Below, piece by piece: positions 29,189 through 39,341 of a stretch of DNA of 64,000 nt. The notes under the pieces are model-generated. The model did not search any database, had not been told where the DNA came from, and worked only from the letters and a program-made list of their open reading frames with translations. Every line of letters begins with the position of its first letter. Position 1 is the first letter of the stretch. Origin of the DNA: Candidatus Obscuribacterales bacterium (GTDB lineage Bacteria; Cyanobacteriota; Vampirovibrionia; Obscuribacterales; Obscuribacteraceae); the NCBI GenBank assembly GCA_965228855.1, contig CBDDIJ010000002.1, positions 1,024,001 through 1,088,000 on the forward strand. The letters run 5' to 3'. Position numbers and translations under genes: made by a program.

Positions 29189-30676
29189 ATGAATACGAGA
29201 ACTAACAACGCAGCACCGGAGCGCGAACTTCCGTTCGTCGTCGTCAACCTCGACACAATGACTCCGGCAGAAGAGCAGTACGCCGAACGCTTCGACAGCC
29301 GTCTCATCGGACAGCCCGAAGCCCGGCAGATCGCACTCGACGTGCGAGCCAAGTATCGCAACCCGCTTCGCAACAAGGAATACCCGCTGGGCGTTTACTA
29401 CTGCGTCGGCAAGTCCCGCCGCGGTAAGTCGCTCCTGGCACAGGTCCTGGCGGAGCTGTTCCACGGCAACAAGAAGGCTCTGACTCGCATCACCGCCGAG
29501 GATTACCTCGACGACAGTCAGATGTCTGATCTCACCGGTGCGACGCCGAAGTATGTCGGCTACCGCGCTCCGGTCGACGTGAGCAAGATGTCCAGCGAGG
29601 AACTCGCGAAGACTGACGGCTACAGCAAGGTGTCGCAGTGGAACCGCACCCGTGTGCGCCTGGGCTCGAAAGAGTTCATCGACGTGGTCGTCATCGAAGA
29701 GTTCGAGAAGTCGGGCTACGACTTCTTCAAGTTCTGGATGGAGATCTTCGACAAGGGCGCCAAGACCCTGGGTAACGGCGAGGAATGCGACTTCAGCAAC
29801 ACCGTGTTCATCCTCACCTCCAACATCGGCATGGAACGTGTCGAGCGCGAAGAGAAGGGTGGCATCGGTTTCACCAGCACGCAGAAGACGCTGACCCACA
29901 AGGAAATCGTCAACATCGTCTCCCAGGAGATGAAGCGTGCGTACAAGCCCGAGTTCCGCAACCGTCTCGACGGCGTGGTGGTCTTCCGTGAGCTCTCCAA
30001 CGAAGATGTTGCGAAGATCGTCGATGTCGAAGTCGACAAGATCGAGCAGCGCATCGTTGACCAGATGCCCCGCGGTCAGGACTTCACGCTCGATGTGCAG
30101 GCTTCGGCCCGCGAATTCCTGCTCGCCAAAACGGGTGGTGAAGTCGCGGAACTGAAGCGCGTCATCGAAGCGCACGTGATGAACTCGCTGGGTCGTATGC
30201 TCGACCCGGACAACGAGGAGCGCATCCTGGGCGGTGATCTCGTGCGCGTCAGCTGGGACGGGAAGTCGGACAAGCTCACCTTCGCCATCGCGCGTGGGCA
30301 CGGCGACGTCGACGGCAACCTGGAAGGTCTCAAGCTGTACGGTGGCGACACGGCTGGTTCGCTTCGCGGACTGTCGCTCCAGCGCCGTGTGGCAAGAGCC
30401 CGCATGCAGGCTCGTCGCGAGGCTGACAAGGAATGGAACCTGGTTCTGACCTTCGCCAGCAAGGACGAGTTCGAAGAGGAGGCTCCCGCTCTGATCCATG
30501 ACGTGAAGAGCGTCTTCGAGATCCGGGTGAAGGGCTATGCGATCATGGAAGAGGCGCCGTATTCGGTGACTCTGATGGTGGTCGCCTCCGACGACCAGAT
30601 CAAGCTGGCCAAGGAGCTCTATCCGGAGCTGGAGGCCAAGCCGATCACGCGTGCGCTCGTGCCCGTGAAACAGTAA
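29189..30676 (+). CDS. Clp/Hsp100-like ATPase with only the second NBD (D2) plus an unknown C-terminal domain
   Basis: LIGQPEA, GKSRRGKS, YVGY, IEEFEK, ILTSNIG, GGIGF, KPEFRNRLD. Confidence 0.88.
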   Translation: MNTRTNNAAPERELPFVVVNLDTMTPAEEQYAERFDSRLIGQPEARQIALDVRAKYRNPLRNKEYPLGVYYCVGKSRRGKSLLAQVLAELFHGNKKALTRITAEDYLDDSQMSDLTGATPKYVGYRAPVDVSKMSSEELAKTDGYSKVSQWNRTRVRLGSKEFIDVVVIEEFEKSGYDFFKFWMEIFDKGAKTLGNGEECDFSNTVFILTSNIGMERVEREEKGGIGFTSTQKTLTHKEIVNIVSQEMKRAYKPEFRNRLDGVVVFRELSNEDVAKIVDVEVDKIEQRIVDQMPRGQDFTLDVQASAREFLLAKTGGEVAELKRVIEAHVMNSLGRMLDPDNEERILGGDLVRVSWDGKSDKLTFAIARGHGDVDGNLEGLKLYGGDTAGSLRGLSLQRRVARARMQARREADKEWNLVLTFASKDEFEEEAPALIHDVKSVFEIRVKGYAIMEEAPYSVTLMVVASDDQIKLAKELYPELEAKPITRALVPVKQ

Positions 30677-30840
30677 CAACTGCAGCGGAGGTTGCTATTG
30701 CAAAACGGACCTATTCGACTTCGCGCCAGTCCGGTGAAAACGCCGATGACGACTGGCGCGAAGTGCGGAGGCGAGCCTTCGACCGCAAACCGAACACGCT
30801 GATAGCCCCCGGCTCTCAGCGTGTTCTCCTTTCGAAATAC

Positions 30841-30983
30841 AGCACTATATAAGATAGTATGCATGATTCAGACAGGGCGGGAGTTTCGAGTGTTTTGTCA
30901 GAATAGAAAAGACTAGCACTATAGAAGATAGTAGTAATGATCGAGACAGAGTAGTAGTTTTCGAGTGTTTTGTCAGAATGGAA
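30841..30983 (+). repeat. Two tandem units with a 74-bp period
   Basis: AGCACTATA(T/G)AAGATAGTA...TTTCGAGTGTTTTGTCAGAAT at 30841 and 30915. Confidence 0.9.
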
Positions 30984-30991
30984 TGCTCCGG

Positions 30992-31337
30992 TGCCTACGC
31001 CACGATGCCGGAATTTTCGAATTCCGTCATAGCCACATAGCCAAGACAGGAAATTCCGGTGTCCTGTTTAGTCGCGGAGGGGGCCGGGTACTGACACCAC
31101 AACGATTCTCGGACTTCTGAAGATATGAAGGCATATAGTAGCGAGATTCCTGTCTACGCCACGATGCCGGAATTTTCGAATTCCGTCATAGCCAGATAGC
31201 CAAGACGGGAAATTTCGGCGTTCTGTCTAGTTCGGGAGGGCTCCAGGTGCTGACACCACAACGATTCTCTGACTTTTGGAGATATGAAGGCATATAGTAG
31301 CGGGATGGGTGAAGATATGGAGGCATATAGTAGCGAG
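30992..31337 (+). repeat. Two tandem 159-bp units (53-bp core plus tail ending ATATAGTAG) and one extra tail copy
   Basis: Cores at 30992-31044 and 31151-31203; GATATG(A/G)AGGCATATAGTAGCG three times. Confidence 0.95.
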
Positions 31338-31515
31338 GTTTTTGGGGACTACGTAGTTTCCCCACTGACTTTTTGATTGGGGTTGTGTATAAACGGTAAA
31401 AGCGCCCTGTTAGACCACTTACTACTTACTAAACGCAAGCTGCACTCAGACCTCTGAGCCGAAGGCGTGCTGCAAATCCGTACTCGTGTTTAGCTGCGCG
31501 AGTTTAGGAGCTATT

Positions 31516-32070
31516 ATGGACAATTTGAAAGTTGATTTGAGCGCAAGCGATTTCGCGTCCGACGGTAAGCTCGGTTCCGGAGAATCGGGCACTGGGATGT
31601 GGACCGAGGCGATGATGCGCGAGCTGCTTGCGGAAGTACCGAGAGGCTCATTCGAAGACCTTCTTCGGGAGGCGAATCAGAAGGAGAGCGAGCGTTCTAT
31701 CAAGTTGGAAGCGGCGACCGAACGTTTGTATCAGGCGATTCTGAGCCGGCGGACGGAGGAGTTGATTGACTTGCTCTGCGATCTGCCTTCGAAGGATTTG
31801 CGCGCGGTGGTTTCCGACGTGGCAAACACCTTCCAGCAAAACGGTCTTCGTTCCGTTGACGTTCGAGTCGATGATTTCGATCGGATTGTGCTGTTCGACC
31901 AGGACAAAAACCGCGGATTTGCGGTCGCTGCGAGTGGAAGCTACCAGCGTGTCTCGAGGTTTTACGACTCGTCTTATCGCTATGGTCTGGAAGTTTGGCT
32001 TGACGATTCAATGTTTGAAACAGTTGAAGTGGTTTTCGACGCCATTCGTGAGCAGTTGACTGTTCACTGA
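31516..32070 (+). CDS. Hypothetical acidic protein
   Basis: AGGAG RBS before ATG 31516. Confidence 0.75.
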   Translation: MDNLKVDLSASDFASDGKLGSGESGTGMWTEAMMRELLAEVPRGSFEDLLREANQKESERSIKLEAATERLYQAILSRRTEELIDLLCDLPSKDLRAVVSDVANTFQQNGLRSVDVRVDDFDRIVLFDQDKNRGFAVAASGSYQRVSRFYDSSYRYGLEVWLDDSMFETVEVVFDAIREQLTVH

Positions 32071-32177
32071 GGTTTCAACGATTAATCAAGCACAGGAATT
32101 CCGTTGACAACTGCGTCTTCATAAATCGAGCCGCCCGTTCTGATAGAGTATTTCTGGTTACCAGGACAGGCGGAAGC

Positions 32178-33284
32178 GTGATGAATAAACGGCTTAAGAA
32201 GTTGCAGGGCTCGCTGGCGAAAGCGAAAGTTAAAGGGCTTTTGCTTCGAGTTAATGAGTCCGGGCAATCGACTCAGCCGAATAATCAAAACGTTCTCTAT
32301 TTGAGCGGGTTCGGCGGTTCGACTGCCGTTCTCCTTGTCACGGCGGACAAGGCTTTGATCGTCGCCGATGCGCGTTACTGGGCGCGCTGTAAAACCGAAG
32401 CGAAAGACTTCGAGCTGGTCAAGGTGGAGCGAGGCAAGAAAGTTTCCGGCGCTATCAATCAGGCTTTGCAGCAAGCTGGACTGACTGCGAAGAGTAAAGT
32501 CGGTTTTGAATCGCACCGCTTGCCTCACCAGATTTGGGAAGACTGGCAGAAGGATTTGAGGGCTACGCTTGTTCCGACAACCGGTCTGGTCGAAGCGCTA
32601 AGGCAGTATAAAGAGCCGCATGAAATCGAAGAGTTGCGTGCTGCCTGCAAGGCGACGAGCAAGGTTTATCAGGAAGTGGTGGCACTGATGAAGCCCGGCA
32701 TGACCGAGAACGATGTGGCCTTCGAAATAGATATGCGACTTCGGAAGCATGGTGCGGTCGACAATAGTTTCAGCTCGATCGTGGCTGCCGGACCAAATTC
32801 TGCAATTCCGCATCACGCGACTGGAAACAAAAAGCTGAAGGCGGGTGAGCCTGTGGTCATGGATTTTGGTGGTGTCTTCGATGGTGGCTATTGTTCGGAT
32901 ATCACAAGAACGGTCTTTGTTCCAGGAAAGGCTCCTACAGCCAAGATGAAGGAGATTTACAACATCGTTCTTGCGGCTAATCAGGCGGCGCGCAAAGCCC
33001 TGCGTCCTGGAATCATGTATCGAGATTACGATAAAGTGGCGCGAGATTACATTGCGGAGCGCGGCTATGGGCAATACTTCACGCATGGTCTCGGTCACAG
33101 CTTAGGTCTTGAAGCACACGATCCGTTCGACTATGAAAAAGCTCCTCTTAACGAAGGCGCGGTGTTCACGGATGAGCCCGGCATCTACATCGACGGCGTC
33201 GGTGGTGTGCGCATCGAGGACGATCTGGTTGTCACCGCCACTGGTGCCGAGCGATTGACGATGGCTCCATACTGGAAGTTCTAA
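32178..33284 (+). CDS. Xaa-Pro aminopeptidase/dipeptidase (M24B)
   Basis: YLSGFGGS, AIPHH, DFG...YCSDITRT, HGLGH, EPGIY, GVRIEDD. Confidence 0.95.
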   Translation: MMNKRLKKLQGSLAKAKVKGLLLRVNESGQSTQPNNQNVLYLSGFGGSTAVLLVTADKALIVADARYWARCKTEAKDFELVKVERGKKVSGAINQALQQAGLTAKSKVGFESHRLPHQIWEDWQKDLRATLVPTTGLVEALRQYKEPHEIEELRAACKATSKVYQEVVALMKPGMTENDVAFEIDMRLRKHGAVDNSFSSIVAAGPNSAIPHHATGNKKLKAGEPVVMDFGGVFDGGYCSDITRTVFVPGKAPTAKMKEIYNIVLAANQAARKALRPGIMYRDYDKVARDYIAERGYGQYFTHGLGHSLGLEAHDPFDYEKAPLNEGAVFTDEPGIYIDGVGGVRIEDDLVVTATGAERLTMAPYWKF

Positions 33285-33384
33285 GCCACCGCGTTTGCGC
33301 TTCAAATTTTCAGCGACCCTGTTTACTGATACCGCTTCAGTGAATGAACTGTTTCAACGGTCTGCTTTGCTGTATGTTTTGAAA

Positions 33385-34464
33385 CTAGCTCCAAGCCTCG
33401 CGTTTCGCGATGATGTCGTCGGCGACAGTGCGCATCAGTTGTTCAACAGGTCCGACCGTTGTGCCCAAAATCCCCATTGATTTGCGAACCTGGAGCCAGT
33501 GGAGGAAACACAGTCGCTCAAGCGCTGCGGCGTAGGGGAGCGCCTTTTGAACGTCTTCCGTTTTTCGCCCTGACTCGAAACAGTATGCTTCCAAAATTTC
33601 GTCCACGTGTTTTCTCAGCTCGCCGTTTTTAGGATGGTCCGAGATAAGAGACGCCAGATCCATCGTGGGCACGCCGATTTGAGTGAACCATGACCAGTCG
33701 ATGATAAAGGTGCGCTCGTTTCGTTTAATAATATTCTCGGCATACAGATCACCGTGAACCAGCGTGGTGGGCTCGCCGGCAAGCGCGTGCGCTATCTCTT
33801 TGGCTGCTTGTGCAATAGTAATCACGTCGTCATCTTTCAAATCACCCCATTCCAGAAGTGGCTTGGTGACTTGATTTGCAAATGTTTCAAAATCTATGGG
33901 ATTGAGCGTTCGCAAAACATTCATCTGAATCAGTTCGTCTGTGCGGTACGAATAAGCGCGGTGCATGCGCGCGATATCTTCGCCGAGGTGGCGGGCGGTT
34001 TTGGTTTCCACTGCCTGATCTTTCAAACTGACGCCGCCGAGGTCTTCGAGGAACATCGTCGTGAGCTGCCCGCTGTGCGCGGTCATATAGAGCTGCGCGG
34101 AACTGGCGATTGATGGAATCAGAATGCGTTCGTGCAAGTCCTGTTCCACGTCCCAGGGCGGCAAAACCTGTTTATAAATCAGCGAATCCGGCAGGCAGTC
34201 TTTGAGGACGATTCGCTCAACATAGCTTAAATCCCGATGGCGCAAAAGCTCACGGCTGACAATCTCGACTGTTTTACCATAGAACTCGGATAGCCATGAC
34301 TGGAGCTTCTCGTCCGGTGCGGGCGTGAGAAGGTGGAGCGAGGGATCTTCTTGAGGAGCTTGCAATGCTTGTCTCCACTGGTTTCCATGAATCGCGGCGA
34401 GTGCTGCGCGATTGTTGAGAGTGACGGCTGGGCTGGAGCGGAACGGGGCATGCACCGTCGACAA
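33385..34464 (-). CDS. APH/choline-kinase-like phosphotransferase
   Basis: LVHGDLYAENI, IIDWSW, DLA. Confidence 0.85.
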   Translation of the reverse strand: MSTVHAPFRSSPAVTLNNRAALAAIHGNQWRQALQAPQEDPSLHLLTPAPDEKLQSWLSEFYGKTVEIVSRELLRHRDLSYVERIVLKDCLPDSLIYKQVLPPWDVEQDLHERILIPSIASSAQLYMTAHSGQLTTMFLEDLGGVSLKDQAVETKTARHLGEDIARMHRAYSYRTDELIQMNVLRTLNPIDFETFANQVTKPLLEWGDLKDDDVITIAQAAKEIAHALAGEPTTLVHGDLYAENIIKRNERTFIIDWSWFTQIGVPTMDLASLISDHPKNGELRKHVDEILEAYCFESGRKTEDVQKALPYAAALERLCFLHWLQVRKSMGILGTTVGPVEQLMRTVADDIIAKREAWS

Positions 34465-35117
34465 TGCTTATCGTAGCAGCGGTCGAGTGTCGCGTAGCCA
34501 TTCAATGGCATTTGTGTACAAGCGTGATGAGATCGATCTCATGACAATGGCTTGAAACCTTGATTTTGCGTGAATTTCGTATCGCGCGAGCTGGAAGACG
34601 TGCGCTAGATGAGCTTGCCAAGCGGAATCGTAGCGATAACTAGCGCAGGTTTTCAACATAACAATCTAGTAAGAGTATCAAAGAGGAGCGAATTATAAGC
34701 TCATGAGCGTTTACGAACGTTGAAACCACCTGCGCGCACTTAATAGCTTGTGCTTGTATCTGATTCGATTTTCTTTGAGGCTCTTGGCACTAAACACAGG
34801 CAAAGTTTCACCCGACAAGTATTAGCTTTTAACTACACGCGACGTGTGTTTTAGCTGATCGCAGTCGGTGTGCCGGTGGTTTGGCATGAGCGCTCACGAC
34901 ATCAGCCGACCCGGTGTACCTCTGGTGCTCTCTGGTTGTGCAAGTCTCTTGCTGACTGCCGTTAAACGCAGTCTGGCTGTTCAAAGTCGAAGAGAAAACC
35001 GAGGAGGATTTTTCCCGAACGTCCGTGAGTCGAGCGCAGGTGGATACTTCGGTTTCCATCCGCTGTCGCAGTTCTCCGCTCGTTCGCAACTCCTGAACTC
35101 AGGCAAAGGAAGGACAC

Positions 35118-35978
35118 ATGTTCAAGCATATCCAATGGAAGAAGGCGGTGCCGCTCGTCATCATCGCGCTTCTGGCGACAGTTTTCGCCGGTACCGATGT
35201 GCTCAGCGCTGCTGTGCAGACGCAGATCATCGACGTCTTCAAGACGTACGTGAGCGGCATCGTTCCCTACACCGCCAACATCTTCGTCGGCCTCATCTTC
35301 ATCTGCCTTGCCAACCTGCTCTATGACCCGCTGAAAGCCGGCATGGAGAAGGCGCTCAATCTGAGCAATGCAGACGAACGCGGTCGGCGCATCGTATCGC
35401 GCGCGGTGCTCCTGATTTACTGGCTCATTGCCATCATTGTCGGCGTGAGCTTCATCGCTCCGGACTTCCTGTCCAAGCTGGTCGTTGGTTTCGGTCTGTT
35501 TGGTGCGGCCATTGCACTTGCACTGCAGGGCATCGCCAACGACTTCATCGCCGGCGCATTGCTCAATTTCCGCCCCAAGTTCTGTGTGGGTGACGAGATT
35601 GAGCTCATCGGCGTTGCTGTGAAGGGCAAGGTCACGGACATCGGCTATGTGCTGACCGTTCTTGAAACCGAGAACGGCACGTTCACGGTTCCGAACCGAG
35701 AGGTCTGGTCGCGACCGGTCAAGGTCACGAAGCCCGGCGTCGGCACGGTCACACCGTCCGGCGGCTTGAGCTGCACGACTGCAGAGGATGGCAAGTCGGG
35801 CAAGGGCACCGCTGATGGTGCTGCCGCTGCCGCTTCGTCGGTCACCGGTCAGTCGCCCGGTTCAACGGCGCCCTCCACGTCGGCACCCGGCACCACTACC
35901 GGTGGCGAAGCCGAGGGCAAGGACGACGGTGGCAGTGTAGCCCCGCCTGCCGACGACAAGACGCCTCCGGCGAAGTGA
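35118..35978 (+). CDS. MscS family mechanosensitive channel with low-complexity tail
   Basis: AIALALQGIANDFIAG, FCVGDEI, GKVTDIG, VPN. Confidence 0.9.
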   Translation: MFKHIQWKKAVPLVIIALLATVFAGTDVLSAAVQTQIIDVFKTYVSGIVPYTANIFVGLIFICLANLLYDPLKAGMEKALNLSNADERGRRIVSRAVLLIYWLIAIIVGVSFIAPDFLSKLVVGFGLFGAAIALALQGIANDFIAGALLNFRPKFCVGDEIELIGVAVKGKVTDIGYVLTVLETENGTFTVPNREVWSRPVKVTKPGVGTVTPSGGLSCTTAEDGKSGKGTADGAAAAASSVTGQSPGSTAPSTSAPGTTTGGEAEGKDDGGSVAPPADDKTPPAK

Positions 35979-36061
35979 TTCGTTTTCTTCGTGCGACTCA
36001 TGTAATAACGCGCAGCTCTGCCAAGGCAGGCTGCGCCTAACTCTACGAAAAGAGGGTAGCA

Positions 36062-37588
36062 ATGAAATTCCAACTCGATACGAAAAGCTGCGCTGCGAAA
36101 TCCGCAACCGGCCAACTGCTCATCGTCCCCTGTTTCGAGAGCGACCTGAAAGCGGTCGCCACCGCCGGTGAGACCTTCGCCGCTCTCAACGCCGGTTCTG
36201 CCATCGTCACCGCCGCCGCCGAACAGCAGTTCTCCGGCAAGGCTGGTGAGCTGTTCCCGCACTTCAACGTCAACCACGGCGGCAATGTGCTGCTCGTTGG
36301 GCTGGGCGATACCGCGAAGCTGACGCTCGCCGTGCTCGAAGGTGCGATGGTCAAGGCGCTCAAGAAGGCGAAGGAAACGAAGGTCGCGGAGCTGTCCGTG
36401 GACCTGCAGCCCATCCTGGCGCAGTCTCTGGACGCCTACGCTGTCGGCCGCCTGCTCGGCTCCAGCGTCGTCACGCTGGACCACAACGCGAAGAGCTTCA
36501 AGACGAAGCACTCGAACCCCAGGGGCGACCACAACATCAAGTCGATGCGTGTGACCGCTCCGCAGAGCCTGGCCGAGACGGTCAAGAAGGGGCTGCTCGA
36601 CGGTCGTTCGCTCGGCTCGGGTGTCACCTGCGCCCGCGACCTGGTCACGCTTCCGGCCAACCACCTGACGCCGTTCAAGCTCATGGAAGCGGCCAAGGAT
36701 GTCGTCGCTCAGAGCAAGGGGCTCATCACGGGCAAGTACTTCTGGGGCAAGCGCTTGCAGCAGATGGGCGCCCATGCGCTCCTGGCTGTCGCCCGCGGCT
36801 CCAGCGAACTGCCCGTGCTCATCGAGCTCGACTACACGCCGGAGACCGGCCCGACGAAGGAGACGCTCTGCCTGGTCGGCAAGTCGGTCACCTTCGACAC
36901 CGGCGGCGTCAATCTCAAGCCGGCTGACGGCATGCGCCACATGAAGCGCGACATGGCCGGCGGCGCTACGGTGCTCGGCGCGCTGAAGGCAATTGCGGCG
37001 CTCAAGCTGCCGATCTCCGTGAAGGTGATCATGGCGGCTACCGAGAACATGCCCGACGGCAAGGCTTACAAGCCCGGCGACGTCATCAACACCATGAATG
37101 GTATCACGGTCGAGATCGACAACACCGACGCGGAAGGGCGGCTGACGCTCGCTGATGCGATCGAGTACGCCAAGCGCTCCGGCGCGACGCGCATCGTCGA
37201 CTTCGCGACCCTGACCGGCGCGGTGAAGATGATCGCCGGCGACGTCGGTGCTGCTGCGTTCGGCAACCATCCGGAATTCACCGCCAAGGTGGTGGAAGCC
37301 GGAGCGTCGGTCGGCGAGCTCATGGTCAATGTGCCGATGTGGGCTGAACTGCGCCGGCAGAACGACTCCGACATCGCCGACCTGAAGAACTCGGGCGGCT
37401 CCGGTGCCGGTGCGACTACGGCGGCGTGGTTTATCCGCGAATTCGCCGGCGAAGAAATCGATTGGGTGCACATCGACATCGCCGGTGTGGCCTGGCGCGA
37501 GCGTTCGCTCGGCGTCGATCCCAAGGGCGCAACCGGCTGGGGTGTTCGCACCGCCGTCGCGCTCGCTGAGTCGCTGGCTGCGAAGTAG
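36062..37588 (+). CDS. pepA: Leucyl aminopeptidase (M17)
   Basis: GKSVTFDTGG, MKRDMAG, NTDAEGRL, ATLTGA, WVHIDIAG. Confidence 0.96.
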   Translation: MKFQLDTKSCAAKSATGQLLIVPCFESDLKAVATAGETFAALNAGSAIVTAAAEQQFSGKAGELFPHFNVNHGGNVLLVGLGDTAKLTLAVLEGAMVKALKKAKETKVAELSVDLQPILAQSLDAYAVGRLLGSSVVTLDHNAKSFKTKHSNPRGDHNIKSMRVTAPQSLAETVKKGLLDGRSLGSGVTCARDLVTLPANHLTPFKLMEAAKDVVAQSKGLITGKYFWGKRLQQMGAHALLAVARGSSELPVLIELDYTPETGPTKETLCLVGKSVTFDTGGVNLKPADGMRHMKRDMAGGATVLGALKAIAALKLPISVKVIMAATENMPDGKAYKPGDVINTMNGITVEIDNTDAEGRLTLADAIEYAKRSGATRIVDFATLTGAVKMIAGDVGAAAFGNHPEFTAKVVEAGASVGELMVNVPMWAELRRQNDSDIADLKNSGGSGAGATTAAWFIREFAGEEIDWVHIDIAGVAWRERSLGVDPKGATGWGVRTAVALAESLAAK

Positions 37589-37762
37589 CCCGCGACTACA
37601 ACCGTAACAGGACTGCTCGGCGCGGTTTTACACGCGTCGAGCAGCTGGTTATACCCATGAAACACAAACGAAGCCTTTCTTTCTCGAGCTCCCAAAAGCT
37701 CTGTTTAACGTCCGGATTCTCTCTGCGCGTGAGTGCGGGGATAACGATTTGGAGGAATAACA

Positions 37763-39211
37763 ATGGACGGACCTGATCACGGCGGCGACCACGGTGGTGG
37801 TCACGGCGGCGGTTTTGGCGGCGGTCACGGCGGGGGCGACCATGGTCACGGAGGTGGACACCACGGAGGTGGACACCACGGCGGCCATCACGGAGGTCAC
37901 CACGGTGGCCATCACGGCGGTCATCACGACCATCACGGCGGGCATCATGGCGGTCACCACGGTGGCCATCATGGTGGCAAGGGCGGTAGCATTACCGCTC
38001 AGTCGATCAGTGTTGCTGGTCCCAGCAGCTCTGGTCCGCAGGGTGGTGGCTCCGGTGCCAACGACCTCGGCGGCGACCACGATTTCGCCAACCACAGCCG
38101 CGATAGCGGCGGACCTTTCAACACCGGTCTGGACGATCACCTCTCGAACCTCGAGATGGACCAGTTCGGTGGCAGCCGACGTCTCTTCGACATCGACGCT
38201 GCAAACGATCAACTCATGCTCTCCTACGACCACTGCGTGGTCTTCGACGGAGGGCAGACCTGCGAGGGTGGCGGCTACCGGCTGGTGGACGCTGTTCGTG
38301 GCACCTTCGAGGATGACGTGTATGACCCGGACGGCTCAACCTCTCCGGTTCACACCACGCACCAGCTCACGCCGGAGCAAATCGAAATCGTCAAGGCGAT
38401 GGCGGCTGACCCGCGCCGGCGCATGTACGGTGTTCACGTTACCAACCACGGGCTCATCCACCTCAAGGACGAGTTCAAGCGCATCGCTGAGGCGTGCAAC
38501 TGTGTCCGCATCGACACGGTAACGCCGAACTTCTTCGCGTCCGACGATCAGCTGCCCGAGCTGGCCGACTGGAACATCTGGAAGCCGCCCTTCAGTCGCA
38601 AGAAGGTGCCGGCCGGTTACTACCCGAACGCGACCGGTTACACCAGGATCTGGAAACAGTACTGGCAGGTGAAACATCCGGACCCGACCTGGTGGGAGAA
38701 ACTCTTCATCCAGTACGGTCCGAAGCACAACCCGAACTGGCGCTTCGACCGCTTCTGCAACACGATTCTCGAGGTCACCTGCGTGACCTGGTATTACCGT
38801 GAAGCTTGCGACTATGAGACGCGTTTTCACGTCCGCGTGATTTCGCTTCCCTACCTGGACCCGCACGACAAGCGCTGGGGTTACCTGAAGGAACCGTTCG
38901 CGAAGTATCAGCTTGCCGCCAAGCAGCTGTGCGAACAAGTGCTCCGCCGGCTCAAGGCCTGCCCGCCTCATCCGATTGCGGTGCAAAACCGCGGCGAAAT
39001 CCTCAAGAAAACTCGCGAGGAAGCGGAGCAGCGTCGGGCGGAAGCTCAGTTGATGCGCGCCAACAGCGGCTTAAACGTGCCTGCCGGTGCGACGCCGCCC
39101 TCGGTCGATGCAGACGGCTGTCCGGTGAAGTCCGGCGCCGATATCGGTGCGGCACTCAACGCCAACCCGGACATGGTCACGGTGAAGCTGAAGCTGCCGC
39201 GACGCAGCTAG
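37763..39211 (+). CDS. Hypothetical protein with N-terminal Gly/His-rich (GGHH)n tract
   Basis: GGAGG RBS; about 70-aa G/H tract, then an aromatic-rich globular region. Confidence 0.85.
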   Translation: MDGPDHGGDHGGGHGGGFGGGHGGGDHGHGGGHHGGGHHGGHHGGHHGGHHGGHHDHHGGHHGGHHGGHHGGKGGSITAQSISVAGPSSSGPQGGGSGANDLGGDHDFANHSRDSGGPFNTGLDDHLSNLEMDQFGGSRRLFDIDAANDQLMLSYDHCVVFDGGQTCEGGGYRLVDAVRGTFEDDVYDPDGSTSPVHTTHQLTPEQIEIVKAMAADPRRRMYGVHVTNHGLIHLKDEFKRIAEACNCVRIDTVTPNFFASDDQLPELADWNIWKPPFSRKKVPAGYYPNATGYTRIWKQYWQVKHPDPTWWEKLFIQYGPKHNPNWRFDRFCNTILEVTCVTWYYREACDYETRFHVRVISLPYLDPHDKRWGYLKEPFAKYQLAAKQLCEQVLRRLKACPPHPIAVQNRGEILKKTREEAEQRRAEAQLMRANSGLNVPAGATPPSVDADGCPVKSGADIGAALNANPDMVTVKLKLPRRS

Positions 39212-39219
39212 AGTGAGTG

Positions 39220-39260
39220 GGCGGCGATCGGTCAGTCTCATAAAACGACCGGTCGCCGCC
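39220..39260 (+). terminator. Hairpin after the Gly/His-rich gene
   Basis: GGCGGCGATCGGTC/GACCGGTCGCCGCC stem; weak U-tract. Confidence 0.55.
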
Positions 39261-39341
39261 GCTTCCTGGCGCGCTAATTATTCGCCGTGTGCTATCCTTG
39301 CCTTGCTTCAAGCCCCTGCAAGTCAAGGTCTCCATCTCGAA

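Noticed and set aside
30992..31203. 53-bp core as a classical integron attC site
   Set aside because: It lacks RYYYAAC/GTTRRRY ends, the spacers are often non-complementary, and no integrase is in the window; only the four-box layout is similar.
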